Part shown: positions 16,852-25,590 of the stretch, one piece after another | How positions within the stretch are numbered: position 1 is the stretch's first letter | Layout of the letters: the number at the start of each line of letters is the position of its first letter | Assembly: GCA_049296095.1 (NCBI GenBank) | Contig: JBAQRV010000001.1 | Span: 150,001 to 182,000, forward strand | Source of the DNA: Candidatus Saccharimonadota bacterium | GTDB lineage: Bacteria; Patescibacteriota; Saccharimonadia; Saccharimonadales; Saccharimonadaceae | Direction of reading: 5' to 3' | Length of the DNA stretch: 32,000 bases | Made by a program: the position numbers and the translations under genes | The notes under the pieces: generated by a model | What the model was told of the DNA's origin: nothing | The model's database searches: none | The model's input: the letters and a program-made list of their open reading frames with translations, nothing else

Positions 16852-17268
16852 ATGGCTAATCCTACTAAAGGTAACGTAACGAACAAAGTTCGCGCCTACG
16901 CTAAAGGCGTTGATCAGACACCACGAAAGGTCAGCCTTGTTGCCAGCCTTGTCCGTGGTCGTACTGTTGCCGATGCAATTGTTATTTTGAACCACACCCC
17001 AAAGCGTGCTGTTCGTCCTCTCTTGAAGACGATCGAAAGCGCTCAGGCTAATGCCGTTAACAATCACGGCTACGACGCAAAGACTTTGGTTATTTCAACC
17101 TTGTCTGTCACGACTGGTACTCGTTTGAAGCGATTCACACCTGCGAGCCGTGGCCGCGCCCTGCCATTCCAAAAGAAATCATCGAACATTTTAGTCGAAG
17201 TGACCGGTGAATTGAAACCTAAGAAAGCTCCAGCTAAGACAGCTGAAGTGAAAGAGGAGACCAAGTAA
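16852..17268 (+). CDS. rplV: 50S ribosomal protein L22
   Basis: Position between S19 and S3. PRKVSLVASLVRGRTVADA block. Has a K/A/E-rich C-terminal tail. Confidence 0.94.
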   Translation: MANPTKGNVTNKVRAYAKGVDQTPRKVSLVASLVRGRTVADAIVILNHTPKRAVRPLLKTIESAQANAVNNHGYDAKTLVISTLSVTTGTRLKRFTPASRGRALPFQKKSSNILVEVTGELKPKKAPAKTAEVKEETK

Positions 17269-17903
17269 TGGGACAAAAAGTAAACCCAACCAGCTTCCGA
17301 CTCCAGCTCACCAAGAACTGGGATTCTCGTTGGTTCGCTCCAAAGAAGGATTTTGCTCGTCTCCTCGGAGAAGACATCCGTATTCGCGACCACGTTGAAG
17401 CACGCTTTTCAAGCCGTCCAACGATTGCTCGTGTCGAGATTGAGCGCTCAGCTAACCTCGTGACTGTCACGATTCACACCGCTAAGGCTGGTGTTGTCAT
17501 TGGTCGTGGTGGTGCTGGTGTGACTGAACTGAAGGCTGAGCTCGAAAAAATCGCTAGCCTACCAGTTCGTATTAACATCGAAGAAGTAAAGCGCCCAGAC
17601 ATGTCTGCTAAGTTGGTTGCTGAAAATATTGCTCACCAACTGATGCGTCGCGCAAACTTCCGTCGTGCAACCAAGATGGCTGCACAAAACACGATGGCTG
17701 CAGGCGCGAAAGGTGTTCGTATCCAGGTTGCTGGACGACTCAACAACGCTGAAATGGCTCGTCGCGAGAAGGTAATTGAGGGCTCAGTGCCGCTTCATAC
17801 GCTCCGTGCTGATGTTGATTTCCATGTTGCCCGTGCTCAGACCCCTGCCGGTATTATCGGTGTGAAGGTCTGGATTTACAAAGGTGAAAGGATTGATAGG
17901 TAA
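17268..17903 (+). CDS. rpsC: 30S ribosomal protein S3
   Basis: MGQKVNPTSFRL and the KH-domain block GVVIGRGGAG. Confidence 0.97.
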   Translation: MGQKVNPTSFRLQLTKNWDSRWFAPKKDFARLLGEDIRIRDHVEARFSSRPTIARVEIERSANLVTVTIHTAKAGVVIGRGGAGVTELKAELEKIASLPVRINIEEVKRPDMSAKLVAENIAHQLMRRANFRRATKMAAQNTMAAGAKGVRIQVAGRLNNAEMARREKVIEGSVPLHTLRADVDFHVARAQTPAGIIGVKVWIYKGERIDR

Positions 17904-17909
17904 TTTATT

Positions 17910-18323
17910 ATGCTACTTCCAAAGAAAACCAAGTACCGAAAAGTCCGCAAGGGCAAAAACGAAGGTCACGCAACTCGCGGACATTACGTCGCCTTTGGTG
18001 ATTTCGGTCTTCAATCTCAGTCAAACAACGATATTACCTCTCGTCAGATCGAGTCAGCTCGACAGGCGATGACCCGCTACATCAAGCGTGGTGGTAAGAT
18101 CTGGATCCGCATCTTCCCTCACACCCCACGTACCCGTAAACCACAGGACGTGAAAATGGGTAGCGGTAAAGGTAACCCTGAATTCTTCGTTGCGAAGGTA
18201 AAGGCAGGAACTGTCCTCTTCGAAATGAAAGGTGTTGACGAAGCGGTTGCTAGGGAAGCAATGCGCCTGGCTGCTCACAAGCTTCCTGTGAAGACGAAGT
18301 TCGTCATTAAGGAGCAAGCATAA
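17910..18323 (+). CDS. rplP: 50S ribosomal protein L16
   Basis: [14 protein letters not shown] and [10 protein letters not shown] signatures. Confidence 0.97.
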   Translation: MLLPKKTKYRKVRKGKNEGHATRGHYVAFGDFGLQSQSNNDITSRQIESARQAMTRYIKRGGKIWIRIFPHTPRTRKPQDVKMGSGKGNPEFFVAKVKAGTVLFEMKGVDEAVAREAMRLAAHKLPVKTKFVIKEQA

Positions 18324-18562
18324 TGGCTGACGCAAAGAAAACAACGAAGGCTGCACCTAAGAAAGCAACCGAAGTGAAGACTATTGATCAATTACACGAA
18401 GAGTTGGCAAAGCTCCAAGGTGAACACCTTGAATCACGCAAAAGTCACCGTGCAGGGGAACTTGTGAACCCGCACGTGTTGACGGTTCAGCGCAAGAACA
18501 TCGCCCGAGCCCACACTGCCATCTCAATCGCAAAGAAAACAGCTGTAAAGGAGGAGAACTAA
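18323..18562 (+). CDS. rpmC: 50S ribosomal protein L29
   Basis: Position between L16 and S17; small helical protein with an L29-like LHEELAKLQGEH...RKNIARAHT. Confidence 0.88.
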   Translation: MADAKKTTKAAPKKATEVKTIDQLHEELAKLQGEHLESRKSHRAGELVNPHVLTVQRKNIARAHTAISIAKKTAVKEEN

Positions 18563-18563
18563 T

Positions 18564-18839
18564 ATGGCAAAGACACTGACCGGTATTGTCACCTCTGATA
18601 AGGCTGACAAGACCATTACTATCACCGTCACTAGTCGTGAGACGCACCCTATTTATGGAAAGCAGTATTCTGTGACCCGTAAATATATTGCTCATGATGA
18701 GAAGAACGAAGCGCATGTTGGCGACAAAGTGACTATTTCCGAAGGTCGTCCAATTTCAAAGCGCAAAACCTTTTCATTGGTAAGCGTCGATGAACGATCA
18801 CGTGGCTCGATTGAGCTTAAAGAGGAGACCGAAGTATGA
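18564..18839 (+). CDS. rpsQ: 30S ribosomal protein S17
   Basis: [18 protein letters not shown]...HPIYGK...KYIAHDE signature. Confidence 0.95.
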   Translation: MAKTLTGIVTSDKADKTITITVTSRETHPIYGKQYSVTRKYIAHDEKNEAHVGDKVTISEGRPISKRKTFSLVSVDERSRGSIELKEETEV

Positions 18840-19204
18840 TTCAGCAAGAATCTCGTCTCAAAGTAGCCGACAACAGCGGCGCAAAGGAAATTCTTTGTAT
18901 TCGTGTTCTCGGTGGTACTGGCCGTCGTTACGCCTATGTTGGTGACGTTATTGTTGCTACAGTTAAGGACGCTAACCCGACTGGTGCTGTAAAGAAGAAA
19001 TCAGTCGTCAAGGCTGTGGTCGTCCGAACTCGTAACCGTATCCAACGTAAAGATGGCAGTACGATTGCTTTCGACGACAATGCTGCCGTTATCATTAACG
19101 ATGACAAGACCCCTAAGGGTACTCGCGTCTTCGGACCAGTCCCTCGCGAGCTTCGTGACCTCGGTTACGCAAAGATCATCAGCCTAGCACCGGAGGTACT
19201 CTAA
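18836..19204 (+). CDS. rplN: 50S ribosomal protein L14
   Basis: [17 protein letters not shown] signature; 122 aa; 4-nt overlap with rpsQ. Confidence 0.98.
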   Translation: MIQQESRLKVADNSGAKEILCIRVLGGTGRRYAYVGDVIVATVKDANPTGAVKKKSVVKAVVVRTRNRIQRKDGSTIAFDDNAAVIINDDKTPKGTRVFGPVPRELRDLGYAKIISLAPEVL

Positions 19205-19205
19205 T

Positions 19206-19535
19206 ATGTCACGTATTATCAAAGGCGACACCGTAAAGCTGATTAGTGGTGCTCAAAAAGGCACGACTGGTAAAGTTCTTGGCGTGACTGCTGAAGGCGT
19301 TCTGATTGAAGGAATTGGCCAAAAGCACCGCCATATTAAACCGAGCCAGCTCAACCCTCGTGGTGGCCACAAAGACATTCATGTCCCAGTACCCCTTCAC
19401 AAGGTTGCTCTGGTGATCGATGAAAAGACTGGCAAGACCTCACGAGTGGGCTATGTAAAGAACGCTGACGGTGGTAAAACTCGTGTTGCCCGCCAAGCCC
19501 AGAGTAAAGTAATTAATAGTAAGGAGAACAAGTAA
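19206..19535 (+). CDS. rplX: 50S ribosomal protein L24
   Basis: KOW motif IKGDTVKLISGAQKGTTGKV; position after L14. Confidence 0.95.
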   Translation: MSRIIKGDTVKLISGAQKGTTGKVLGVTAEGVLIEGIGQKHRHIKPSQLNPRGGHKDIHVPVPLHKVALVIDEKTGKTSRVGYVKNADGGKTRVARQAQSKVINSKENK

Positions 19536-19536
19536 T

Positions 19537-20118
19537 ATGCCAAACGCAGTTACTACTACCGCTCCTCGCCTGAAAGCCTTGTACCGTACTCAGTACGTCA
19601 AGGAACTACAAGCCGAACTCGGTCTTTCGAACGTTAACGAAGTGCCTCAACTCGACAAAATTGTAGTCAGCGTAGGAATCGGTAAGAACAAAGATGACAA
19701 GCACCACTACGAAGTGGTTCGCAACACCATCATTAAGGTGACCGGACAATCTCCAGTCGACCGTATGGCTCGCAAGTCAATTGCTGGCTTCAAGATCCGT
19801 GCTGGTATGAACCGTGTTGGTATCAGCGTGACGCTTCGCGGCGCTCGTATGTACGAATTCCTCGACCGTCTCATCAACGTTGCCTTGCCTCGCGTTCGTG
19901 ACTTCCACGGTGTCAGTGCAAAGGCATTTGACCACGGTGGAAATTACAACCTCGGTATCATTGAACAGTCAATCTTCCCAGAACTAAGTTTCGAAGAGAC
20001 GCAACACCTACACGGTATGCAAATCACCTTCGTGATGAAGAATGGAAGCAAGGTGAACAGCCGTGCGCTCCTAGAGAAGTTTGGGATGCCGTTTGAAAAA
20101 GAAGGGGGAATTCGATAA
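19537..20118 (+). CDS. rplE: 50S ribosomal protein L5
   Basis: L5 blocks [19 protein letters not shown] and GNYNLGI.EQ.IFPE. Confidence 0.97.
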   Translation: MPNAVTTTAPRLKALYRTQYVKELQAELGLSNVNEVPQLDKIVVSVGIGKNKDDKHHYEVVRNTIIKVTGQSPVDRMARKSIAGFKIRAGMNRVGISVTLRGARMYEFLDRLINVALPRVRDFHGVSAKAFDHGGNYNLGIIEQSIFPELSFEETQHLHGMQITFVMKNGSKVNSRALLEKFGMPFEKEGGIR

Positions 20119-20387
20119 TGGCTAAGACATCTGCTGTCGTCCGCGACGAGAAACGAAAGAGAATGATCCGAAAGTATGCCGCTAAGCGTGCAGAACTGAA
20201 GGAAATGGGTGACCTCGAAGGTCTCGCCAAGTTGCCACTCAACAGTTCTCCAACTCGTTGGAAGAACCGCGACCAACTTCATGGCCGTCCCCGAGGATTC
20301 ATGCGTCGATTTGGCCTGAGCCGTATCAACTTCCGTGAAAAAGCATCAAAGGGAGAGATCCCTGGTATTACTAAGAGTAGCTGGTAG
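20118..20387 (+). CDS. rpsN: 30S ribosomal protein S14, long Cys-less (C-) form
   Basis: 89 aa with [18 protein letters not shown]...[11 protein letters not shown]. No CxxC zinc-ribbon pairs. Confidence 0.95.
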   Translation: MAKTSAVVRDEKRKRMIRKYAAKRAELKEMGDLEGLAKLPLNSSPTRWKNRDQLHGRPRGFMRRFGLSRINFREKASKGEIPGITKSSW

Positions 20388-20404
20388 GAAAGGAGTAAAG
20401 TACT

Positions 20405-20806
20405 ATGTCACTACAATCAACTGACCCAATCGCTGACCTCCTGACCCGCATTCGTAATGCAGTCATGGTCGGCAAGAATGAAATCACTGTTCCTTCAAGC
20501 AAATTGAAGGTCACAGTAGCAAAAGAGCTGCAAAAAGCAGGCTACCTCGAGAACGTAAAGGTTGAAAGTGCCAAACCACGAGATATCTTGGTCGTCACAA
20601 TCAACAAAGAGGGTGAGAACTCAACCATTAACGAAATTACTCGTCTCTCAAAGCCAGGTCGTCGCGTTTACGTCGGTGCCTCAGATATTCCAAAGATCAA
20701 GCAAGGTCGCGGAATTGTGCTGGTGAGCACCAGTAAGGGCGTTATCACTGGATCAGCTGCTTACAAGCAGCGTCTCGGCGGTGAGTTGTTACTTAAGGTT
20801 TATTAA
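20405..20806 (+). CDS. rpsH: 30S ribosomal protein S8
   Basis: DPIADLLTRIRNA signature; 133 aa. Confidence 0.97.
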   Translation: MSLQSTDPIADLLTRIRNAVMVGKNEITVPSSKLKVTVAKELQKAGYLENVKVESAKPRDILVVTINKEGENSTINEITRLSKPGRRVYVGASDIPKIKQGRGIVLVSTSKGVITGSAAYKQRLGGELLLKVY

Positions 20807-20826
20807 TAAATAAAGGAATATAGATT

Positions 20827-21360
20827 ATGAGTCGAATCGGAAAACTACCCATTCAAATCCCATCCGGTGTGACAATCACGGTCGGCGATGATTCTATTAC
20901 CGTTGTTGGCGCAAAAGGCCAACTGGTAGTACCTCATCTGTCTGACGTGACTGTTACTCTCGAAGATGGTAACGCAATCGTCACTCGTAAAGATGACCAG
21001 CGTATTGCAAAGGCCCAGCACGGCCTCCAACGTGCACTCCTTAACAACGCAGTCGACGGCGTGACGAAGGGCTTTGAAAAGAAGCTCGAAGTAAACGGTG
21101 TCGGTTTCCGCGTTGAAGGTGGTGGCAAGGAAATTAACATGGCTCTCGGCTTCTCACACCCAGTGAAATACACTGCACGAGATGGCGTCAGCCTTGAAGT
21201 AAATAAAATGGAAATCACTGTCAGTGGTATCGACAAGCAACTTGTCGGTCAGACAGCTGCAGAGATCCGAAGTCTTAAAAAGCCAGAACCTTACAAGGGT
21301 AAAGGTATTAAATATGCAGACGAAGTGCTGCTGCGAAAAGCCGGAAAGGCAGGTAAATAA
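20827..21360 (+). CDS. rplF: 50S ribosomal protein L6
   Basis: MSRIGKLPI..P.GV and EPYKGKGIKY signatures. Confidence 0.97.
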   Translation: MSRIGKLPIQIPSGVTITVGDDSITVVGAKGQLVVPHLSDVTVTLEDGNAIVTRKDDQRIAKAQHGLQRALLNNAVDGVTKGFEKKLEVNGVGFRVEGGGKEINMALGFSHPVKYTARDGVSLEVNKMEITVSGIDKQLVGQTAAEIRSLKKPEPYKGKGIKYADEVLLRKAGKAGK

Positions 21361-21362
21361 TC

Positions 21363-21716
21363 ATGACTGATCTGACAAAAAAACTGCTGAACCGTACGCT
21401 TCGAGCAAACCGTGTTCGTGCAAAGATCTCTGGAACAACTGAACGTCCACGCCTCAGCGTGACTATCAGTAACAAGCACGTCAGTGCCCAGATTATCGAC
21501 GACGTGTTAAAGAAGACTATCGTGTCTGCAACCACTGTTGGTGCAAAGCAAACTGGTACCATGACTGAGCAAGCCGCTTTTGTCGGTAGCGAGATTGCAA
21601 AGAAAGCAAAGAAGAGCAAAATCACCTCTGTTGTCTTTGACCGTAACGGTCGGCAATATGCACAGCGCCTCGCGGCACTAGCTGACGCTGCTCGTAAAGA
21701 AGGACTGGAGTTCTAA
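21363..21716 (+). CDS. rplR: 50S ribosomal protein L18
   Basis: RPRLSVT.SNKH..AQIIDD and VVFDRNG..Y..R..ALADAARE.GL.F signatures. Confidence 0.96.
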   Translation: MTDLTKKLLNRTLRANRVRAKISGTTERPRLSVTISNKHVSAQIIDDVLKKTIVSATTVGAKQTGTMTEQAAFVGSEIAKKAKKSKITSVVFDRNGRQYAQRLAALADAARKEGLEF

Positions 21717-21717
21717 T

Positions 21718-22308
21718 ATGGCTGAAGTACAACAATCACGACCACAAGGCGGACGTCCACAGGGTAACCGTGGCCCACGTCGCGACCAAGCTCCTGCTGA
21801 ACCAAAGCAATTTGACGAACTCGTTATCAATGTCGACCGTGTCTCACGTGTCGTTAAAGGTGGACGACGTTTCCGATTCAAGGCTTTGGTAGTCGTTGGA
21901 GATCACAAAACCAAGATCGGAGTCGGTGTCGCTAAGGGTGCTGACGTACAAGTCGCTATCCAAAAAGCGACCGATGTTGCCAAGAAGAACCTGATCGTGA
22001 TCCCTGTGATCAACGAAACAATTCCTCATGAAAACGAGATAAAGTTCTCTGGTGCTCGAGTGCTTTTGAAGCCTGCTGCACCTGGTACCGGTATTATCGC
22101 CGGCGGTGTTGTTCGATCGATCATCGGTATGACAGGTATTCGTAACCTTCTTTCAAAGTCGCTCAACTCAACCAACAAGGTAAACATTGCGTATGCGACT
22201 ATCGAAGCGCTTCGCACGCTTGTTCCTAAAGACGAATGGCTCAATGCACCAAAGAAGAAAGTAGCCAAAGCTCCCGTAGCAGAAGCTGCTCCTGAGGAGA
22301 CAAAATAA
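21718..22308 (+). CDS. rpsE: 30S ribosomal protein S5 (with R/G/P/Q-rich N-terminal and K/A/P-rich C-terminal extensions)
   Basis: INVDRVSRVVKGGRRFRFKALVVVGD signature; 196 aa. Confidence 0.97.
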   Translation: MAEVQQSRPQGGRPQGNRGPRRDQAPAEPKQFDELVINVDRVSRVVKGGRRFRFKALVVVGDHKTKIGVGVAKGADVQVAIQKATDVAKKNLIVIPVINETIPHENEIKFSGARVLLKPAAPGTGIIAGGVVRSIIGMTGIRNLLSKSLNSTNKVNIAYATIEALRTLVPKDEWLNAPKKKVAKAPVAEAAPEETK

Positions 22309-22790
22309 TGACTAAGTATAACGAACTCGACATCACAGCCAGTAAAACACGCAAGCGCGTTGGTCGCGGTATCGCAGCCGGACAGGGTAAAACTGCTGGT
22401 CGTGGAACAAAGGGACAGGGCGCACGTACTGGTAAGAAGCTCGGCGCAACCTTCCAAGGTGGTCAGCGAACATTAGTTCGAGCCGTGCCTAAGGCTCGTG
22501 GATTCAAGAGTCTTCGAACGGCGGCACAGGTTGTCTATCTTGATCACCTAAATGCCCTTAAGGGTAAGACTGTCGATAACTTCGTACTGTATGAAGAGGG
22601 TTACATCGCCTCTCCATTTGCAGCAACTAAGGTTATCGCACGCGGTGAATTGACCGAAAAGGTGACTCTCAAGGTTGCAGGCGCGAGCAAAAGCGTTGTT
22701 GAAGCAATCGTAAAGGCTGGTGGAACTTTCGTAAAGACTCCAGTGCCTTTGAAGCAGAGTACTAAGGACGCTGAAGCTAGCGATAAGTAA
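22308..22790 (+). CDS. rplO: 50S ribosomal protein L15
   Basis: KRVGRGIAAGQGKTAGRGTKGQ signature. Its start overlaps the rpsE stop, so no L30 gene lies between. Confidence 0.96.
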   Translation: MTKYNELDITASKTRKRVGRGIAAGQGKTAGRGTKGQGARTGKKLGATFQGGQRTLVRAVPKARGFKSLRTAAQVVYLDHLNALKGKTVDNFVLYEEGYIASPFAATKVIARGELTEKVTLKVAGASKSVVEAIVKAGGTFVKTPVPLKQSTKDAEASDK

Positions 22791-22810
22791 AACTACTGTG
22801 TATAAAGAAA

Positions 22811-22836
22811 AGCATCCGACGCGGGTGCTTTTTTAT
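22811..22836. terminator. Rho-independent terminator after rplO (could function in both directions)
   Basis: AGCATCCG-ACG-CGGGTGCT (8 bp including one G-T pair), followed by TTTTTT on the + strand. The - strand reads GCACCCG..CGGATGC-TTTTCTTT. Confidence 0.8.
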
Positions 22837-22879
22837 TATGAAAATATTCGACAAAAAAAGTACTATATGGTAATTTACT

Positions 22880-23332
22880 ACTGTTAGGCCGTGACGTAAG
22901 TCATGTTCGTCTAATTGCTGAGAGTGCAAAGGCAAAAGGGCAAGGAGCACGGGACTACGGTTGCAAACCCCTAAGATAGGAATGTAGCCGTAGAGAATCC
23001 TAAATCAACTATGTCCTTCGCGAGTTCAGTGACAAGCCAAAGTCATTGGATGGACGATTAAGCGAGTAGCACGCCTTATTGCTACAGACAATCGACGCTG
23101 ACTAGGTGGGAATATAGGAAGCACGAGCGCGTGGCGGCGAGATGTTAGAGTAGGCAACGTAAAACTTACTGCTACATCCCATACTGGTGGAGATCCAGTC
23201 ACCCCTGAAAAAGAGGGTAATGAGAAACACCGGATTAATTCGGTGCCCATCCTGGGGGCGAGAGTTTAGCGGTACCAAGAGTATCGCACCGATGCGCTAA
23301 GCGCTCGGGTCTCTCGCCCCCCATTTTAATTT
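22880..23332 (+). ncRNA. Candidate structured non-coding RNA of unknown class (orientation uncertain)
   Basis: A ~450-nt gap between rplO and secY with stops in every + frame. Multiple local hairpins: 22890-22905 (6 bp, GUAA tetraloop); CTACGG 22955-60 / CCGTAG 22988-93; GTAGCA 23066-71 / TGCTAC 23080-85; AGTAGG 23149-54 / CTTACT 23165-70; CACCG 23228-32 / CGGTG 23241-45. The terminal 11-bp stem GGGGGCGAGAG 23254-64 / CTCTCGCCCCC 23311-21 is followed by CATTTTAATTT. I recognised no known RNA-family consensus. Confidence 0.35.
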
Positions 23333-23344
23333 CCACGCTATACA

Positions 23345-23373
23345 TAGAAAAGCATCTAGTCCTGTAGTATAAT
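23345..23373 (+). promoter_or_regulatory. Promoter candidate for secY
   Basis: TAGAAA (23345-23350, weak -35), 17-nt spacer, TATAAT (23368-23373), 47 nt upstream of ATG 23421. Confidence 0.45.
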
Positions 23374-23420
23374 CAAAGGTAATTGACCGAAACAAAATAG
23401 AGTAGGACTGAACTAGACTG

Positions 23421-24836
23421 ATGAACTGGAAAACAATTCTTAAATCGCTTAAAAACCGCGACATGCAAAAGCGGCTCCTTATCGTTCTCGGTATTATTAT
23501 TGTTTATCGATTGCTGTCCCATGTTCCAGTACCTTTGGCCGAGCCAACACAGCTTCGTGAAGTGATCAATAGCGTCGTGAGCGGTACGGACTTTGGTGGC
23601 TTCCTCAACTTACTTTCTGGTGGTGCGCTGGCGAGTTTCTCGATTGTCCTTGTAGGGCTGACACCTTTTATTACCGCCTCTGTTATTACGCAGCTCTTGA
23701 CCAAAGCTATTCCTCGTCTTGAAGAGCTTCATAAAGACGGCGAGTCTGGTCGCCGCCGCATTAATCAATGGACTCGTGTTGCGACTATCCCACTCGCTAT
23801 TGTGCAATCGATCGCCTTTATTTATATCCTCCGGCAGACCGTCCTGGCGGGCAATACAACTATTCTGACCAATGCATCTCCGATTGAGTGGATCGTGGCC
23901 GTCACCGCTATGACCGCCGGTTCTGTGCTGCTCATGTGGCTTGGTGAATTAATCACCGAACAAGGTGTTGGTAATGGCATAAGTTTACTTATCTTTGCAG
24001 GTATCATCAGCCAACTTCCTTCGATGCTTTCGACGATTGGTTCATCTCTCGTCGATACGACCCAATCAGGGGGCTTGAATGTCTTTAACTGGTTTACCAT
24101 ACCGGTGAATCCATTGGTGTTCTGGGTAGCTTTAGGCATAGTTTTAGTGTCCTTGGCGCTACTGTACATACTGGTTAAAATTAACGAGGCGCAGCGTATC
24201 ATCACGATTAACTATGCCAAGCGTGTCCAGGGTAATAGCAACTACGGTGGTGTCAAAAGCATCCTTCCAGTCAAGCTGATCGCGGCTGGTGTGATTCCTG
24301 TGATCTTTGCCGTCGCTTTCTTGTCACTCCCGGCTTTCTTAGGACAGGTCCTCAAGGCCTCTGGCAATGAAGCGTACGCTGATTTAGCGAATAACCTTAT
24401 CCTTTGGTTCCAGGCGCCAACCCCAGGAGCATTCACAGGATCAACCCTACAGGCCTTTATTTATCCTGGTGCTTACTTTGCGCTCGTGATCCTGTTTACA
24501 TACTTCTACACGGGCATCGTGTTTAACTCGAGCGAGATCGCCGAGAACTTGCAAAAGCAGGGTGGCTTTATCGAAGGTGTGCGACCAGGTAAAAAGACCG
24601 AGGAATACCTATCTATGACGGTAAACAGACTTATTCTGTTCGGATCATTGGTTCTGGGACTTATTGCGGTCACGCCATTCATCGCGGAGTACCTCCTGTA
24701 TCAACTTGCAGGCATTAGTGGTACTAACTTGTCAATTGGCGGTACGGGACTTCTCATCATAGTCTCCGTTGGTCTAGAGGCACTTCGCCAAATCAACTCG
24801 CGCGCGCTGATGGTTACATACGACGATTATAAGTAG
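23421..24836 (+). CDS. secY: Preprotein translocase subunit SecY
   Basis: 471 aa, polytopic. Conserved SecY blocks (GGALASFSIVLVGLTPFITASVITQLL, MWLGELITEQGVGNGISLLIFAGI, GGFIEGVRPGK.T) at the canonical position after L15. Confidence 0.97.
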   Translation: MNWKTILKSLKNRDMQKRLLIVLGIIIVYRLLSHVPVPLAEPTQLREVINSVVSGTDFGGFLNLLSGGALASFSIVLVGLTPFITASVITQLLTKAIPRLEELHKDGESGRRRINQWTRVATIPLAIVQSIAFIYILRQTVLAGNTTILTNASPIEWIVAVTAMTAGSVLLMWLGELITEQGVGNGISLLIFAGIISQLPSMLSTIGSSLVDTTQSGGLNVFNWFTIPVNPLVFWVALGIVLVSLALLYILVKINEAQRIITINYAKRVQGNSNYGGVKSILPVKLIAAGVIPVIFAVAFLSLPAFLGQVLKASGNEAYADLANNLILWFQAPTPGAFTGSTLQAFIYPGAYFALVILFTYFYTGIVFNSSEIAENLQKQGGFIEGVRPGKKTEEYLSMTVNRLILFGSLVLGLIAVTPFIAEYLLYQLAGISGTNLSIGGTGLLIIVSVGLEALRQINSRALMVTYDDYK

Positions 24837-24851
24837 GTACCTCTGTAGGAC

Positions 24852-24880
24852 TTGAATATTTATGCCAAATCTGGTATAAT
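24852..24880 (+). promoter_or_regulatory. Near-consensus sigma70 promoter for the 151-aa ORF
   Basis: TTGAAT (24852-24857), 17-nt spacer, TATAAT (24875-24880). Confidence 0.7.
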
Positions 24881-24912
24881 AGACATCGCCTTAGTGACCG
24901 AACCGATTCGCG

Positions 24913-25368
24913 GTGGAGCGCTATGCACCTACACGACAGAGGAGTGAAGTGGAAGCCCCACAGACCTACGAAGATATCAAGCGGAACGCATTGCGTTTTG
25001 CAGCCAACACATGGCGTCGTTACCAGACGTATGCCAAGCGGTATATGAGGAAGTACGGACGAACGAGTTCAACGCCGCGACCCGAGGCGTACTTCGATAA
25101 CCGTATTCTCGAGGATACATATGCCATGCAGGGTGGCTCTAACCCCTTGCCATATGGCAAGAAGATTGAGCCGCGCCAAAAACTGGCCGACTCGATCTTG
25201 GCGTACCGTTCTAGTCTGCCCGACCCGTCGATGTTCGACGAGCACTACACGGGTAGTCTAGGGCGACGCATGCCCGGATACAAGGTGACGATTAGCAAGG
25301 CCTTGAGCGCTTCGCGAGCCGTCCACGAAAAGGATTCGATTCGCACCTTCGTCGAGAAGGCAAGCTGA
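24913..25368 (+). CDS. Hypothetical protein, 139-151 aa, basic N-terminal region (no recognised domain)
   Basis: The ORF-track start is GTG 24913. An alternative GTG at 24949 is preceded by AGAGGAG. GC-richer than neighbours (spot counts 31/60 and 35/60). Occupies the slot where adk and map usually sit. Confidence 0.6.
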   Translation: MERYAPTRQRSEVEAPQTYEDIKRNALRFAANTWRRYQTYAKRYMRKYGRTSSTPRPEAYFDNRILEDTYAMQGGSNPLPYGKKIEPRQKLADSILAYRSSLPDPSMFDEHYTGSLGRRMPGYKVTISKALSASRAVHEKDSIRTFVEKAS

Positions 25369-25394
25369 CCGTGTTCTGGATCGTGTGAGGGCTC

Positions 25395-25464
25395 AGGAGG
25401 CCTTAGCGCCTCCTCTGTCCTCATCCTTATATTCTTAATCAAGTATTAAGGACGTAAGGATGAG
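25395..25464 (+). other. Two consecutive hairpins downstream of the 151-aa ORF (possible T-run-less terminator or processing site)
   Basis: AGGAGGC (25395-25401) / GCCTCCT (25408-25414), and CTCATCCTTA (25420-25429) / TAAGGATGAG (25455-25464), a perfect 10-bp stem. No U-run follows. Confidence 0.4.
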
Positions 25465-25477
25465 TAAGTAGTAGATA

Positions 25478-25505
25478 TTGACGATATGTCAGCATTTGCT
25501 ACAAT
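25478..25505 (+). promoter_or_regulatory. infA operon promoter P1 (with extended -10)
   Basis: TTGACG (25478-25483), 16-nt spacer, TGcTACAAT (25497-25505). Confidence 0.65.
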
Positions 25506-25561
25506 ATAATCACAAACCTATCAATGACCGAGATTTCTCGGAGTGATATTCTTGAAAACGC

Positions 25562-25590
25562 TTTACGCGAACCACTTTTTGCTGTATAAT
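25562..25590 (+). promoter_or_regulatory. infA promoter P2 (very short leader)
   Basis: TTTACG (25562-25567), 17-nt spacer, TATAAT (25585-25590). Only 15 nt lie between the -10 box and ATG 25606. Confidence 0.5.

Noticed and set aside
22026-22457. A 143-aa minus-strand ORF across the rpsE/rplO boundary, with similar antisense ORFs in fusA, tuf, secY, rplF and rplR.
   Set aside because: All are antisense shadows of conserved genes, and none has independent signals.
23026-23250. A 74-aa minus-strand ORF inside the rplO-secY spacer.
   Set aside because: It has no SD and a Ser/Pro/Arg/Leu-rich low-complexity translation, and it overlaps the densest hairpin region. It is more likely a chance ORF in a structured RNA locus.
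23254-23322. Possible tRNA or tRNA-like element (a GGGGGCG...CGCCCCC acceptor-like stem followed by CA).
   Set aside because: There is no T-loop (GTTCRANNC), no D-arm or anticodon-arm geometry, and the closing stem is 11 bp. It fits a compound hairpin or terminator, not a cloverleaf.
22880-23332. Identity of the spacer as RNase P RNA, tmRNA, SRP/4.5S RNA, a T-box, or a TPP, SAM-I, cobalamin or guanidine riboswitch.
   Set aside because: I looked on both strands for the conserved cores: GAGGAAAGUCCGGGC and ACAGAANCCGGCUUA; the tmRNA 5' GGGG..UUCGAC with a 3' T-arm-ACCA; GGAAGCAGCC of SRP; and the T-box, CUGAGA..CCUGAUCUGG, GAGGGA..GCAACC and GCCACUG boxes. Only short chance resemblances were found (for example AGUCCCGUGCUCC on the minus strand, in the wrong position). 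A covariance-model scan is still needed.
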